Position numbers and translations under genes: made by a program | The notes under the pieces: model-generated | The model's input: the letters and a program-made list of their open reading frames with translations, nothing else | Databases searched by the model: none | Told to the model about the DNA's origin: nothing | Source: Thecamonas trahens ATCC 50062 | Lineage: Eukaryota > Protista > Apusomonadida | NCBI RefSeq assembly: GCF_000142905.1 | Contig: NW_013657652.1 | Span: 186,001-250,000 of the forward strand | Direction: 5' to 3' | DNA: 64,000 nt | In this document: one piece after another, positions 1 to 10,690 of the stretch | Layout: each line of letters starts with the position of its first letter | Numbering within the stretch: position 1 is the first letter of the stretch

Positions 1-1570
1 CGGCGGCGCGTGCGACGACGGCGGCGCCGCCTGCCGCATCTGCTGCAGCTGCATGAACTGCTGATAGCGGGCCGGGTCCGATTGCAGCTGCCTCATGAAT
101 TGCTGCTGCTGCTGCTGCTGCTTCTGATACTGGAGCGCCATCTGCGCCTGCAGCTGCGCCTGCGCCTGCGCCTGCGCCTGCGCCTGCGCCTGCGCCTGCG
201 CCTTCGCCTTGGCACGAGCCTGTGCCTGCGCCTGGGCATGCGCTTTTGCGGCCTGGATGCGGCGGGCCTCGGCCTGGGCGCGGGCTGAAGCGTTGGCGGC
301 CTTGGCGGCCTTGGCTGCGTCCTGCTTCTGCTTGCGCATCTTGTCCTTAAAGTCGAGCGGAAGGATGGTCGGGTGCGAGGCGAGCAGCGAGTAAATGGCC
401 GAGGGGATCCAGGGCTCGTCATAGTGCTCGGAACGGCGGGCAAGGTCGGGGTCGGTCTTTTGAGACGCAGCCATTGTCTTGAGCTCGACCTCCTGGGCTT
501 CCAGCCAATTGACCATGGCGCCGCGTGGGTCGCGGACGACGTTGGCGTAAAACTCGCGCTGCCGCTCGAGCTCGTCGATGGCGTGCAGCTCGCGGGCGAC
601 GGCGGCACTCAGCTCGGCCGTGGTCTCGTCGTCAGGGTCCAGTGCCTCGCGGGGAACAATCGAGGCCTTGGGCACGCGGATCATGTGCGGGATGGCGGCC
701 GAGACGGTCGACTCACGGGTGACCGGTAGAATCCACGACAGCGGGATGGGTGCGAGCATGTGCGGCTTGATAGCCTTGGGCAGGTCGGCCACCTTGATTT
801 GCGGCATGCCGATGACCGCACGGAGCCGCTCGTCGGCAAGCACGTCCTCGCGTGAGCCCGGCGCCAGCAGCCCCTTCTCCCGCACATAGTCCAAGACGGC
901 GGAGAGCAGGGCGGTCCGCGTCCCGCCAGCCATCCGGGTCAGCGCCTCCAGCTCTTTGGAGGCCGTAAACTGGCGGCACCCGTGGCGGACATCGAGATAG
1001 ACCCGGACCGACGCCGCATGCGCCGTCCGCTGCAGCGCGAGGCCTTGACCCTTGGCCGCCTCCTGCGAGCCCGTCGTATCTGGCCACTGGATCTTCTCTA
1101 GGATCTCGCCCTGCCCGTCCTCGCCGGCATGAACATACACCACCACCCGCTCAAACAGCGCCGCCAGTCCCGGATTCTGCGCTATGCCTTGCGGCACATC
1201 CGCCAGCCGAGCATGGATCAGCAGCGTCCACGGACCGCCCGCGACTTGCGCCGGCTGCGACTGCAGCACAAACTCCAACTTGGCCTTGTGCCCGTAGCTC
1301 GACAGCGGGAGTGCTGGCGACGCCACCGCAGCCTCTGCCCTTCGCAGTCTCTCGTCAGCCTTGCGCTCCGCAGCCACCAGCCTGTGTTGCGTATGTGAGG
1401 AGGGGGGGGGAAGGAAGGACGTACTTGGAGTAGAGCGAGTAGCCAGGGAGGGATTGGATGCGCGAGTGGATGCGGGCGCGGCGGTTCGTGGATGCTCGGT
1501 GGAGCTTGTGCTCGCGGGGCCGGTGCTGGCGGGGTTGGACCACCGTGCCGCTGCCGTCGCCAGTCGACAT
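1..1570 (-). CDS. SMARCD: SWI/SNF subunit BAF60/SMARCD (Snf12/Swp73) homolog with SWIB domain; 3'-partial; intron 1382..1424
   Basis: Manual translation: ATG 1570; 43-nt GTACGT..CAG intron joins LPGYSLYSK to LVAAERKADERL; SWIB LLSAVLDYVREKGLL..DERLRAVIG..PHMLAP; BAF60-type QREFYANVVRDPRGAMVNWLEAQEVELKTM; QA-rich tail runs off the window. Absent from ORF track. Confidence 0.85.
144..232 (-). repeat. (CTGCGC)n hexamer repeat encoding Gln-Ala tract in the BAF60 C-terminus
   Basis: Tandem ctgcgc units; CAG GCG (QA) on the minus strand. Confidence 0.85.
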
Positions 1571-1745
1571 TGCGTCGCTTGGCCGAGGGAGAGAGGTAGG
1601 CAGAAACCGGGCGAGTGGCGTCTGGCAAGGAGCAAAAATACTCTCAAGGTGGGATGATGCCAGCTCACGGGCCAGATCCACACTCGCGCAAACACAACAA
1701 TGCCTACACACACACAGGTACGACCCCGACCTTGGCTGTCGACGT

Positions 1746-4700
1746 TTACGCATCTCCCGTGGCCTTGGCCCGCTTGAGCTTGAGCTTGGCAAACATCTCC
1801 TTGGCTTCATCGGCGACGGCGGCGTTAGACATACGGCGGTTGCCAGTCCGCTTGCGATCGCGCTTCTTGAGGAGGGCCTCGCCGGACTTGAGCGACGAGA
1901 TGAGGTCGTCCATGGCGAGATTGGGCGGGCCGCCAGCGCCGGGCGGACGCCGGCGGGACGACGACGCCGCCGCCGACGCGCCGGCAGACGACGACGACGC
2001 GCCCGCGGCCGTCGCGCCCGCGGCATTGCGAGCGGCAAGCTTCTCGGCGGCGGCCTTGCGCTTGGCGTTCTCGGCCCGGGCTTTGGTAAAGGTCTCGAGG
2101 AAAGTAGCGAGGATGCTGAAGAACTCCTCGTTGGTCACCTTCTTGTCGACGCCGAACATCTCGCGGACGGTATCAAACTTGACGTTGAGCTTCTCGGTTG
2201 TCGAGTGAAGCTCGGAGATTTGGAGGAAGGCGTACTCGTAAAAGGCCTGCATCTTCTCGGGGAACATGTCACCGGGCGTCTTGTACTCGTCGACGTGCTC
2301 CTCAAGCTCCTTGCCGAGCGCATCGAGCGAGCGCTGCAGGCTGCTGATGTCGCCGGCGACGGCGTCGAGCGAGACTGTGGTGGCGTTCTTGGCATGTGCG
2401 AGCTCGGCCGGCACCTCGAGGAGGTGCGGGAACTTGGTCTCGACGGTCTCGACGACGACATGCATGAGGTTGACGCCGCCGGCTCCGCGGGTCTCGGTCA
2501 AGTTGGTCAGGTTGTCCCACTTGATGCCTGGCATGTCCTTGCGGAACGTGCCGTTGTTCATGTAGTTGGCAAAGGCGAGGATGACCGTGAGCAGCTCCTG
2601 GAAGTTCTTGGACTCGGCAAGCTCGTTGCACGCCGTCAGGACCGCGTCAAGCGACGGCCGCACGTCGTCGACGGCCTCGTCAAAACCACGCTTGAAAACA
2701 AAGGCCTTGAGCCGAGGCTGGAACCGCGGGATCTTGATCATCTGCATGAAGAATCGCTCGGCACGACCAAGCACCTTGGGGTCGTCGGTGTAGCCCTGCA
2801 GAATGCCGATCTCCTCGTCGGTTGGCGCCACGCCCAGAATCGCCTTGGTCTGCTGCTCGGTGAGCGACTCCTCGTCGAGCGCCATGATCGCCTGCCGGAT
2901 TTCGGCAAACGAGAGCTTGAACCGCCCAAGCAGAATGGCCACGTTATTGCTCCGCTTTGGCGAGAGGAGCATCACGTCCTTGGGCTTGCTCGACTTGGGC
3001 TTCTCGACCTTGGCCGCTGCTGGTGTATCCTTCTTGCCAAACAGCTCGTCGAGCTTCCCGAGGTCGAGCTGGTCAAACAGGACTGTCTCGTCCACATCGT
3101 TCCAAATGGTCTTGGCGATGAGCCGCTTGGGAATCTTCGACAAGTTCACGCCCTTGAGCTTGCACGACGCCTTGGGCACCGGCTTGGCCTTGCGTTTCTT
3201 GGCCGGCATCCGCATTCCCGGCGGAGGAGGCGCGCCCGGCGGCGGCGGCGGGCCTCCTCCAGGCGGCNNNNNNNNNNNNNNNNNNNNNNNNNNNNNNNNN
3301 NNNNNNNNNNNNNNNNNNNNNNNNNNNNNNNNNNNNNNNNNNNNNNNNNNNNNNNNNNNNNNNNNNNNNNNNNNNNNNNNNNNNNNNNNNNNNNNNNNNN
3401 NNNNNNGCGGCGGCGCACCGCTCGAGCTCCCACTTCCCCCACCAGAAGCCAGCTCCTTCTCCAGCTCGGCGATCCGTGCCTCGAGCTTGGCAACGTGGCC
3501 CTCGAGCTTGGCCTTGGCGGTTGCATCAAGCGAGCCGACAACCGCATTGTACTCGGCCTCGCTCGGCCAGGACGCAGCGCCCGGGCTAGCGCCGGCGGCG
3601 GCCGGACCCGCGCCCGCAGCGCCGACGGCTGCACCCGCGCCCGCACCCACAGCCGCACCAGCAGCTGCACCTGCAGCCACCTTTTTGGCGGCTTCCTCCT
3701 CGGCGGCAACCGCCTTGGCCTCGGCGGCCGCAGCCTTGGCCTCGGCGTCGGCGGCGGCCTTCTTGGCCGCCTCGAGCTCAGAGACGACGGCGTTGTGCTT
3801 GGCATCAAAGCTGGCAATGGTGGCGTCGCGGGCCTCGACAAGCGACGAGAGCGTCTCGATCCGCTTCTCAAACTCGGCGCGCTCCTTGGCGACGGCACCC
3901 TCGACGGCGGCGAGCCTGTCGGTCGCGTCCTTGGCAGACGTCAGAGCCTTCTCGAGCAAGTCGGCCTTCTCCTGAGCAAAGATGAGCTCGCGGACGTCGA
4001 TGTTAAAGGTGGCGCGGTCGAGGTCGACCCCGTCGCGCTGGAGCACGATCTGCGAAACGAGCTTCTCGACCACGCCCCAGAGCTTGTACTGCTGGTCGAC
4101 GTCGTCGGGCATGGAGAGAAAGTGCTGGAGGGTGGAGAGGACGAAAAAGTAGGCGTCAGAGTTGGAGGTGGCTCGGAGAATGGTCATGGCCAGCTGTTCC
4201 GGGTCGGTCATGTCGATCGACTCCATGTTGTACTGGTACGCCAGGTCCTCGTTGTCGTCGGCCATCTGGCTCTGGAAGACCTTGATCTGGATGTCGAGGT
4301 CGTGGTCAAGCTCCTGGCCGCCGGATACCGACGCCTTGATCTCCTCCAGAATCGACTCAAAGCCGAGTCGCACAAACTCGGACCGGAGGTGGACGCGAAA
4401 GTCAAGATCCTCGGACATGCCGATGAGGGTGTTGATGAACATCATCGCCGCCACGCGGAAGGTGACCGACGACTCTTGCTTGAACGCGTTGACCAGCTGA
4501 TAGAACCGCCGCAGCTTGGGATACTTGAGCTCCTGGTACGCCGTCATGGCGTCCAGCGCAAGCTTGTGCCCGTTGTGGGCCGGGAGGACGGTGACGACAG
4601 AGAGCAGCTCGAGCACGTTGGTCTTGGTCTCGACCTTGGGCGAGTCGAGCGCCATGGCGATGGTCTGCACCGCGTCTGGGAACGTGAGAATAGCCTCACG

Positions 4701-5294
4701 GCCCTCTTTGTTGTCCATCAGTGCCCGCAGCGAGCGGATGCACTCCTCCTGGGTCTGGATGTCGCGCGACGACCGCCGCTCGTTGGTCTTGGCCTCCAGC
4801 GCCTGCAGGATCCGGACAAGCTCGCCGAGGCCCTCAAGCGCCACAAACTCGGCAACCCACGACGCAGGCTGCGAGGCGAGCGAGACCCGGATGGCAGTGA
4901 CCATCTCCACCGTCGGCGACGCCTTGAGCTGCGCCACGTACGCCGCCGCAGAGTCTTCGTCGTCAGCAGCAGCGCCCGTCTGAGTCGCCAGCAGCGCCTC
5001 CAGCCGGCGGGCAGGCACAAAGCGCTGGCAAAAGTGCCACTTGGCCACAGGCGTGTCCACTGCCGTCAAAATGATCTTCCGCTGGGTCTTGGAGAACGAG
5101 AGCTCCTCCATCACGTCGTCAAAGACCCCGTCGACCACCGCTACCGAAGGCAGGGCGGCGTAGACAGGCGCCGGCTTCCGCGGCTCATGCACCGGCACGA
5201 TATGCCGCCACACTTCTTCCGCAGAGTGCGACGCATACGCCTTGCGCTGCTTCGCCTGCTCTTGCTCCCTCGACGTGTTGTTGACCAGTGGCAT
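1746..5294 (-). CDS. Diaphanous-related formin (GBD/FH3, FH1, FH2, DAD)
   Basis: FH3 FRVHLRSEFVRLG; poly-Pro FH1 around the gap; FH2 LLSPKRSNNVAILL, ILAFANYMN; DAD MDDLISSLKSGEAL plus basic patch. Start MPLVNN at 5294; longer ORF-track start is repeat read-through. Confidence 0.93.
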   Translation of the reverse strand: MPLVNNTSREQEQAKQRKAYASHSAEEVWRHIVPVHEPRKPAPVYAALPSVAVVDGVFDDVMEELSFSKTQRKIILTAVDTPVAKWHFCQRFVPARRLEALLATQTGAAADDEDSAAAYVAQLKASPTVEMVTAIRVSLASQPASWVAEFVALEGLGELVRILQALEAKTNERRSSRDIQTQEECIRSLRALMDNKEGREAILTFPDAVQTIAMALDSPKVETKTNVLELLSVVTVLPAHNGHKLALDAMTAYQELKYPKLRRFYQLVNAFKQESSVTFRVAAMMFINTLIGMSEDLDFRVHLRSEFVRLGFESILEEIKASVSGGQELDHDLDIQIKVFQSQMADDNEDLAYQYNMESIDMTDPEQLAMTILRATSNSDAYFFVLSTLQHFLSMPDDVDQQYKLWGVVEKLVSQIVLQRDGVDLDRATFNIDVRELIFAQEKADLLEKALTSAKDATDRLAAVEGAVAKERAEFEKRIETLSSLVEARDATIASFDAKHNAVVSELEAAKKAAADAEAKAAAAEAKAVAAEEEAAKKVAAGAAAGAAVGAGAGAAVGAAGAGPAAAGASPGAASWPSEAEYNAVVGSLDATAKAKLEGHVAKLEARIAELEKELASGGGSGSSSGAPPXXXXXXXXXXXXXXXXXXXXXXXXXXXXXXXXXXXXXXXXXXXXXXXPPGGGPPPPPGAPPPPGMRMPAKKRKAKPVPKASCKLKGVNLSKIPKRLIAKTIWNDVDETVLFDQLDLGKLDELFGKKDTPAAAKVEKPKSSKPKDVMLLSPKRSNNVAILLGRFKLSFAEIRQAIMALDEESLTEQQTKAILGVAPTDEEIGILQGYTDDPKVLGRAERFFMQMIKIPRFQPRLKAFVFKRGFDEAVDDVRPSLDAVLTACNELAESKNFQELLTVILAFANYMNNGTFRKDMPGIKWDNLTNLTETRGAGGVNLMHVVVETVETKFPHLLEVPAELAHAKNATTVSLDAVAGDISSLQRSLDALGKELEEHVDEYKTPGDMFPEKMQAFYEYAFLQISELHSTTEKLNVKFDTVREMFGVDKKVTNEEFFSILATFLETFTKARAENAKRKAAAEKLAARNAAGATAAGASSSSAGASAAASSSRRRPPGAGGPPNLAMDDLISSLKSGEALLKKRDRKRTGNRRMSNAAVADEAKEMFAKLKLKRAKATGDA
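3268..3406. other. Assembly gap (N run) within formin FH1
   Basis: Run of N. Confidence 1.
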
Positions 5295-5379
5295 GGTTGC
5301 ACTGGGCGAGAGGAGTGTGAAGAGGAGGAGGGGGGGAGGAGAGAGGGGGGGGAAGGGGTGCGGGGGGTGCAACGACCAG

Positions 5380-5620
5380 GAACGAACGAATGAAATGAAC
5401 GAATGAAATGAACGACGAACGACGTGATCGAGCGAAGTGAACGACGAACGACGTGAACGAATGAAATGAACGACGAACGACGTGAACGAATGAAATGAAC
5501 GACGAACGACGTGAACGAATGAAATGAACGACGAACGACGTGAACGAATGAAATGAACGACGAATGAAATGAACGAATGAAATGAACGACGAATGACGTG
5601 AACGAATGAAATGAACAAAC
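5380..5620. repeat. Tandem minisatellite, ~29-bp unit TGAACGAATGAAATGAACGACGAACGACG with degenerate copies
   Basis: Head-to-tail units visible directly; no unique spacers. Confidence 0.92.
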
Positions 5621-6249
5621 GACCTGTACGAACGGAGAGAACGAACGATACGAACAAACAACCGCAAAACGGCCGTACGAAGCGACATAAATCGCGGCAT
5701 TCAGGTAGATTACTGATGATCATTGGGGAATCGTCATTCGCCAAACGACCATTTCGCATTTTTCTGGCTACGCTCCGAACGATTGTTCAAAACAAGTGTT
5801 CGGCGTATGAGTTGGAGAGGTGGGCGACAATGGGTGTTGCGTTGTCCATGCACGGCGATAAAGTCATCAAGATCATGTCAGATAGTCTTGGGAGGATAGT
5901 TAAGGTGCACGATCTGTAGCTTGAGGTCTTTGGGTGATCGATGACAACATCCTTCCTTCAAACTGCCGGGTAATGTTTACTATGTCACCGTGTCTGCATC
6001 GAGCTGTGATCACTGCCTCTCCCGCCGTGCTGTCCTAGTGCACTCAGCCTCGCCATTCCATCGATGCCTGCTCTCGACCCCCCCCCCCTGCTCTCTCTCC
6101 CATCTCTTCCTTGTCATCCATCGATGACCATCGCGCCATCGCCACCGGTGCCATTGCGTCCTTCGCATCGGTGTTCCACCCCTTTCCACGACAGAGAAAG
6201 ACACACCTCACCGCACCCCACTTGAGACTCTGCCACAGCTTTCTCTCTC

Positions 6250-6580
6250 ATGGAGAGCATCGCAGCGTCTGCAGACGCAACATGGCGGGCTGGCCTTGCC
6301 CTCGGTGTCCTCACAGCCATCGTCTCTCTCTGTACGTCCTCCTCGCCTCCGCCACACACACGCTCCCCTTCCTTCCGTCCCCCGACTCACTCCCCCTCTC
6401 CCCTCCTCCTCCACAGGCTGGTATCTGGTGTGGCACTACTTTCTGGTCCGCTCTCCGTTTGTGCGTGAGCTGCTCGAGTACGACGATCTGCCGCAGAGCC
6501 GCCAGACGCAAGCTGACACAGACAGCGGCAGCGGCACAGGCGCAGGCCCGGGCGAGACCGACAAGATCAAGTCATCGTAA
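6250..6580 (+). CDS. SMIM13: Small integral membrane protein, SMIM13-like; exons 6250..6331, 6417..6580
   Basis: GTACGT..CAG intron 6332..6416 gives LALGVLTAIVSLCWYLVWHYFLVRSPFVRELL, resembling the SMIM13 motif GWYFVWHLFLSKFKFLREL. Confidence 0.75.
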
Positions 6581-6602
6581 GGGCAAGGTCGGCCTACTTG
6601 AC

Positions 6603-9600
6603 TCACTGGTTCGAGCCGCGCGACCACGAGGAGCGCACCGATTGCTGCGAGCGCGGGGCGACCGGCGGAAGGCCGGTGACTGGCTCAGCTGCGGCTGCAG
6701 CCGAGCCTGCGGACGAGTGCGGCGGGTGAGCGTGCATCTGCTGCTGCTTGCGGGCGGTGAGCGAGCCGGGTGACATGCCGCGGCGGAGCTTGCGGCGGCC
6801 AGCAGCATCTGCAGCGGTGGCGCGGGAGCGGGCGGCCGGGGTGGACGCGCCGAGCGACGAGGCCGAGGCCGACGGCGGGGGGCCGTTGTCTGTGCCGGCA
6901 AACGAGGCGCCGTACGGGTGGTGTGAGGCGCCAAAGGAGCGGACAGAACGGTTGTGGGCGCGGAGCTGCTTGATTTCGCGGCGGAGCTCGTTGATCTCCT
7001 TGATGAGGGCGACGTTCTCCTGCATGACTCGGGCCGAGTCTGCGCGGTGGAGCTGGGCGTCCTTGTTGAGCTTGCGCTTGAGCGAGGCGACGGAGCGCTC
7101 GAGGTACTCGCGCTGGCGGTTGTTCTCGCGCTGAATGTCGACGTCGACGCGGGCCTCCTCGACATGGAGGGTGACGTGCTTCTGGTAGAGCTTCTTGACT
7201 CGCTCCTTGAGCTTTTTGGGATCCTGAATGAACTGGACGGTCTCGTGGAGGTCTGTACGGAAGCGCTTGGTCACGGCGTGGGCGTCGGTGAGGCGCGAGC
7301 GCATGTGCGAGATCTCCTTCTCGAGCGCCTTGACCTTGAGCTCGAGGTTCTCGACGGTGAGCTTGAGGGTGATGTTGTTCTTGTAGTACTTTTCCAGCTC
7401 GGCGTCCATCTGATTGATCTGCTTGATCTGCTCGTTGATCTGGGCGTCGCGCGGCTCGAGCTGCTTGTTGAGCTCCTTGTTCTTGTACTCGAGGACAAAC
7501 TTGAACTTTTCGAGCTCCTGGTTCTTCTTCTTGAGTTCGTGGATGCGGTTCTCCTTGTCCTTGATGGTGTCGTTGCGCTCGTCGATTTCCTTCTGCAGGT
7601 CGTCGATCTGCTTCTTGGCCGACTCGGTCTCGGTCCGGTTGGCGTTGGCCCTGTCCTCGGCCTGCTGCGTCTTGACGTGCTGGTCGTCGATGGCCTTGTT
7701 GAGCTGGGTAAACTCCTTGCGCATGACGCCGACAAGGCCCTTGAGCTTGAGGATGCGGTTGTCGCGGTCGTCGATCTGGTCCTTAAAGAACTGAATCCGC
7801 TCCTGGATCTCCTGGTCGGCATCCTCCTCGATCTGCCGCCGCGTCTCCATGTACTCGAGCTCGCGCTGCTTCATCTTCTGCTCGAGCTTGGCGAGCGCCT
7901 CCTCCTTCTCCTGCATCGCCGCCTGGTGGCGGGCCTGAAGGTCGAGCGAGGCCTCTTGCAGATCCTGCTGCAGCCGCTCCTTCTCCTTTTCAAACAGCTC
8001 GGCCTGCCGGTGCATCTGCGCCTCGAGCTGCTCGTACTTGCGGTGCGAGGCGAGCGCAATGTCACCCTGCTCCTTGCGCACCTTTTCGAGCTCGCGCCGA
8101 AAGTTCTCCTTGAGGATGTGGATCTGCTCCTCGTAGTGCTGCATCTGCTGGTCCTTCTCCAGCCGCATGGCAAAGGTGATTTCGCGGAGCTCGTCGTTGG
8201 TGTGCTGGTACTTGAGGTGCAGCTCCTTCTCCATGTTGTTCCGCTCTTCCTTCATGTTGCGGACGTGGAACTCCCACGTTGTCCGCTCCGTCTTGAGCGT
8301 GTGCTGCAGCTGCGCGTACGCATCGTCCTTGGCCTTGAGCATATCCGGCGTGACTAGGACCTCGGTGGCAAAGTCGAGCTGCATCTCCGGCGCTGTACCG
8401 GCGAGCCCGCGTCCACCTCCACCGCCGAGCCCGAGGCCGACCACGCCGGTTCCGAGTCCAGACTCGACCGCCGACGACGGGCCCGAGCCGGCGCCTCCGC
8501 TGCCCAGCGCCGACCCGAGAGCGCCCGAGTCGTGAACCTCGGCCACAAAGAGTGAGCCGTCGGCGCCGGCCGAGAATAGCCACCGCTCGTCGAATGAGAG
8601 CGCCATCCGCGTCACGCCCTCGGCGTGGAACGCTACCTCATGGTACTCGCCCGTCGGCGACGGATACTTGAGCGCCCGCACCGTCCCGTCCTCCGTCCCG
8701 ACAAACATCATCCGGTTCGATGGCGCAACGAGCACGTTGGTGTAAGTCGTTCCACCAGTGTCGAGCTCGTGGACCTCGCGCCCGTCGACAGTAATCTCCT
8801 TCAGCAGCCGGTCCGAGCCCGCCGCGTACACTAGGTTACCGTTTGGTGCTAGCGCCGCAGACGAGTACGAGCAGATTTTGCGGACGTGGACCTCGCCGCG
8901 GACCGTCTCGCCTACAAAGTCCCACTTGTAGATAGCTCCGTCCTGCCCAGCCGAGAGGATGTGGCAGTCGTCGGGCGTCCACTGGATCGAACGGACTCGT
9001 CCGTCGTGGCCCGAGAGCACCGCAAAGCACTCAAAGGTGTACGTGTTGTACAGGTGAATAAAGTTGTTCTCGCGCGCAGCCGCAAAGTACTGTCCGCCGT
9101 GCGAGAACCGCACCTCCTTGCACGACCGGCAGACCGGGAACTCGTGCACCGTCTCCAGCGAGTCGACCAGCACGTTCATCAGCCGCAGCTTGTCCGAAAA
9201 GCCGACCAAGAGCATGTGGCCCGACGGGTGGAGAGCCACAGAGTGCGCCTCCTCGTTAAAGTGCGCCGCAACCACCAGCGTCTTGCTCATGTAGTTCCAG
9301 ATGCGGACAGAACGGTCTGGCGAGCACGTTGCCACCAGTGGCTTGCGCACGCACGTGTCGAGCCCGGTGATAACGCTTGCGTGGAACGAGGCAGAGACAG
9401 GCACAAACGCGAGTTCGTCGCGGACAAGATAGGTCGAGAACTCCGGAAGAATGTACAGCTGCGACGCCGTCGTCGTCACCACCAGGTCCGAGTCGGACGG
9501 CCCACCGATGACCATGTGGTTCACCGCCTTGTGCGACGGGAGCTCGAGCGAGGCCACGTCGGAGAAGCCGCGCGAAACAAGCTCCGAGCCCGACGACGGC

Positions 9601-10499
9601 GCTTCGGCCTCGTAGATCACAATCCGCCCACCCTCGGTCCCGATGACAAAGCCCTTCGAGAACGGCACAATCGAGAAAATTGGCACAGCCTCCATCTTGT
9701 GGTACGGCGAACACGGGAGAGAGGCCGTGACCAGCTCCGAGTTGACCACCGCCGCAATCTTGCCCAATTCCGTCCCCAGCACAAGCGTCTCGTCGTTGAG
9801 CCATGCGTGGCAGAGATACTTGCCGAGCTCGACCTTGGTCGGCCCCGATCCAAGCGAGGGGCCCATGTTGCGGAATGAGCCCTCCTTGTGAAGCTTGAAC
9901 ATCTTGACCAGGTTTGCACCACTCACCACCACCATGTCCGACTTGGTCGGATGGAACGAGGCCATCGTCGCCGTCTCCGACCCGGTCGTCGTCACAGGGA
10001 CCGACGCCCGCGGCGGCGCAGACGGCTTGTCCAGCTGCCAGTACGAGAGCACAAAGTCCGGCGCACCAGAGAGCGTGATCATTGCCTTTTGCGCTGCGTC
10101 AAACGCCACCCATACAAAGCTGTCCGACTCGATGTTGTTGCCCACAAACACCCGCGGTTTCTTGCCCTTGTGCGTGTACGACAAGTCGTACACATACACC
10201 ACCGGCGGGCTCCCGCGCTCAGCCACGGCAATCAGCCGCTCCGACCGCTTCGGCGAGTCGCCAGTCAGCGGCGCAGCCATAGCCGTAATTCCGCCGCCCT
10301 GCGACGACGCCTCACGCACCACAAAAGCCTGCGACGATCCACTCTCACCCGACGGCGACGTCTCGGACCCGCGCTTGTGCAGCACAATGTTCGACCCGAC
10401 CGGGTACACCACACGCCCGTCGTTGAGAATGCCCACGTTGCCGGCCACATCTCCGCGCAACCCAAACGTGTGCCTGCCCGCCCACCCAGTCGCATTCAT
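6603..10499 (-). CDS. CFAP57: Cilia- and flagella-associated protein 57 (WDR65)
   Basis: HTFGLRGDV N-terminus, WD40 repeats (ITGLDTCVRKPLVATCSPDRSVRIWNY), coiled coil with LKKKNQELEKFKFVLEYK and RVMQENVALIKEINELRRE. Confidence 0.95.
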   Translation of the reverse strand: MNATGWAGRHTFGLRGDVAGNVGILNDGRVVYPVGSNIVLHKRGSETSPSGESGSSQAFVVREASSQGGGITAMAAPLTGDSPKRSERLIAVAERGSPPVVYVYDLSYTHKGKKPRVFVGNNIESDSFVWVAFDAAQKAMITLSGAPDFVLSYWQLDKPSAPPRASVPVTTTGSETATMASFHPTKSDMVVVSGANLVKMFKLHKEGSFRNMGPSLGSGPTKVELGKYLCHAWLNDETLVLGTELGKIAAVVNSELVTASLPCSPYHKMEAVPIFSIVPFSKGFVIGTEGGRIVIYEAEAPSSGSELVSRGFSDVASLELPSHKAVNHMVIGGPSDSDLVVTTTASQLYILPEFSTYLVRDELAFVPVSASFHASVITGLDTCVRKPLVATCSPDRSVRIWNYMSKTLVVAAHFNEEAHSVALHPSGHMLLVGFSDKLRLMNVLVDSLETVHEFPVCRSCKEVRFSHGGQYFAAARENNFIHLYNTYTFECFAVLSGHDGRVRSIQWTPDDCHILSAGQDGAIYKWDFVGETVRGEVHVRKICSYSSAALAPNGNLVYAAGSDRLLKEITVDGREVHELDTGGTTYTNVLVAPSNRMMFVGTEDGTVRALKYPSPTGEYHEVAFHAEGVTRMALSFDERWLFSAGADGSLFVAEVHDSGALGSALGSGGAGSGPSSAVESGLGTGVVGLGLGGGGGRGLAGTAPEMQLDFATEVLVTPDMLKAKDDAYAQLQHTLKTERTTWEFHVRNMKEERNNMEKELHLKYQHTNDELREITFAMRLEKDQQMQHYEEQIHILKENFRRELEKVRKEQGDIALASHRKYEQLEAQMHRQAELFEKEKERLQQDLQEASLDLQARHQAAMQEKEEALAKLEQKMKQRELEYMETRRQIEEDADQEIQERIQFFKDQIDDRDNRILKLKGLVGVMRKEFTQLNKAIDDQHVKTQQAEDRANANRTETESAKKQIDDLQKEIDERNDTIKDKENRIHELKKKNQELEKFKFVLEYKNKELNKQLEPRDAQINEQIKQINQMDAELEKYYKNNITLKLTVENLELKVKALEKEISHMRSRLTDAHAVTKRFRTDLHETVQFIQDPKKLKERVKKLYQKHVTLHVEEARVDVDIQRENNRQREYLERSVASLKRKLNKDAQLHRADSARVMQENVALIKEINELRREIKQLRAHNRSVRSFGASHHPYGASFAGTDNGPPPSASASSLGASTPAARSRATAADAAGRRKLRRGMSPGSLTARKQQQMHAHPPHSSAGSAAAAAEPVTGLPPVAPRSQQSVRSSWSRGSNQ

Positions 10500-10690
10500 C
10501 GCATCCAAGTAGTAAATGAGTGCGAGTAAGTGAGTGTGTGTGTGCCTGTGTAGAGGGGAGGGGCGGAAGGGGATGGGTGTGGGGAGGGCGGGGAGGCGAG
10601 GAGGCGCCGATGCAACGGCCACAGACACAGCCGCCCCCCCCACCTCACTGTCCTCCACCATACCACCACCCACACCCTCCCACCCTCTCC

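Noticed and set aside
1458-5393. 1311-aa plus-strand ORF and similar long antisense ORFs (6954..8357, 29460..31124, 61916..62878)
   Set aside because: Shadows of real genes caused by GC-rich codon bias; no recognisable motifs
5380-5620. CRISPR-like array
   Set aside because: Units are contiguous without unique spacers, no cas genes, eukaryotic context
5295-5759. N-terminal extension of formin in the ORF track
   Set aside because: Translation of the tandem repeat (FISFVHVVRRS), not formin-like
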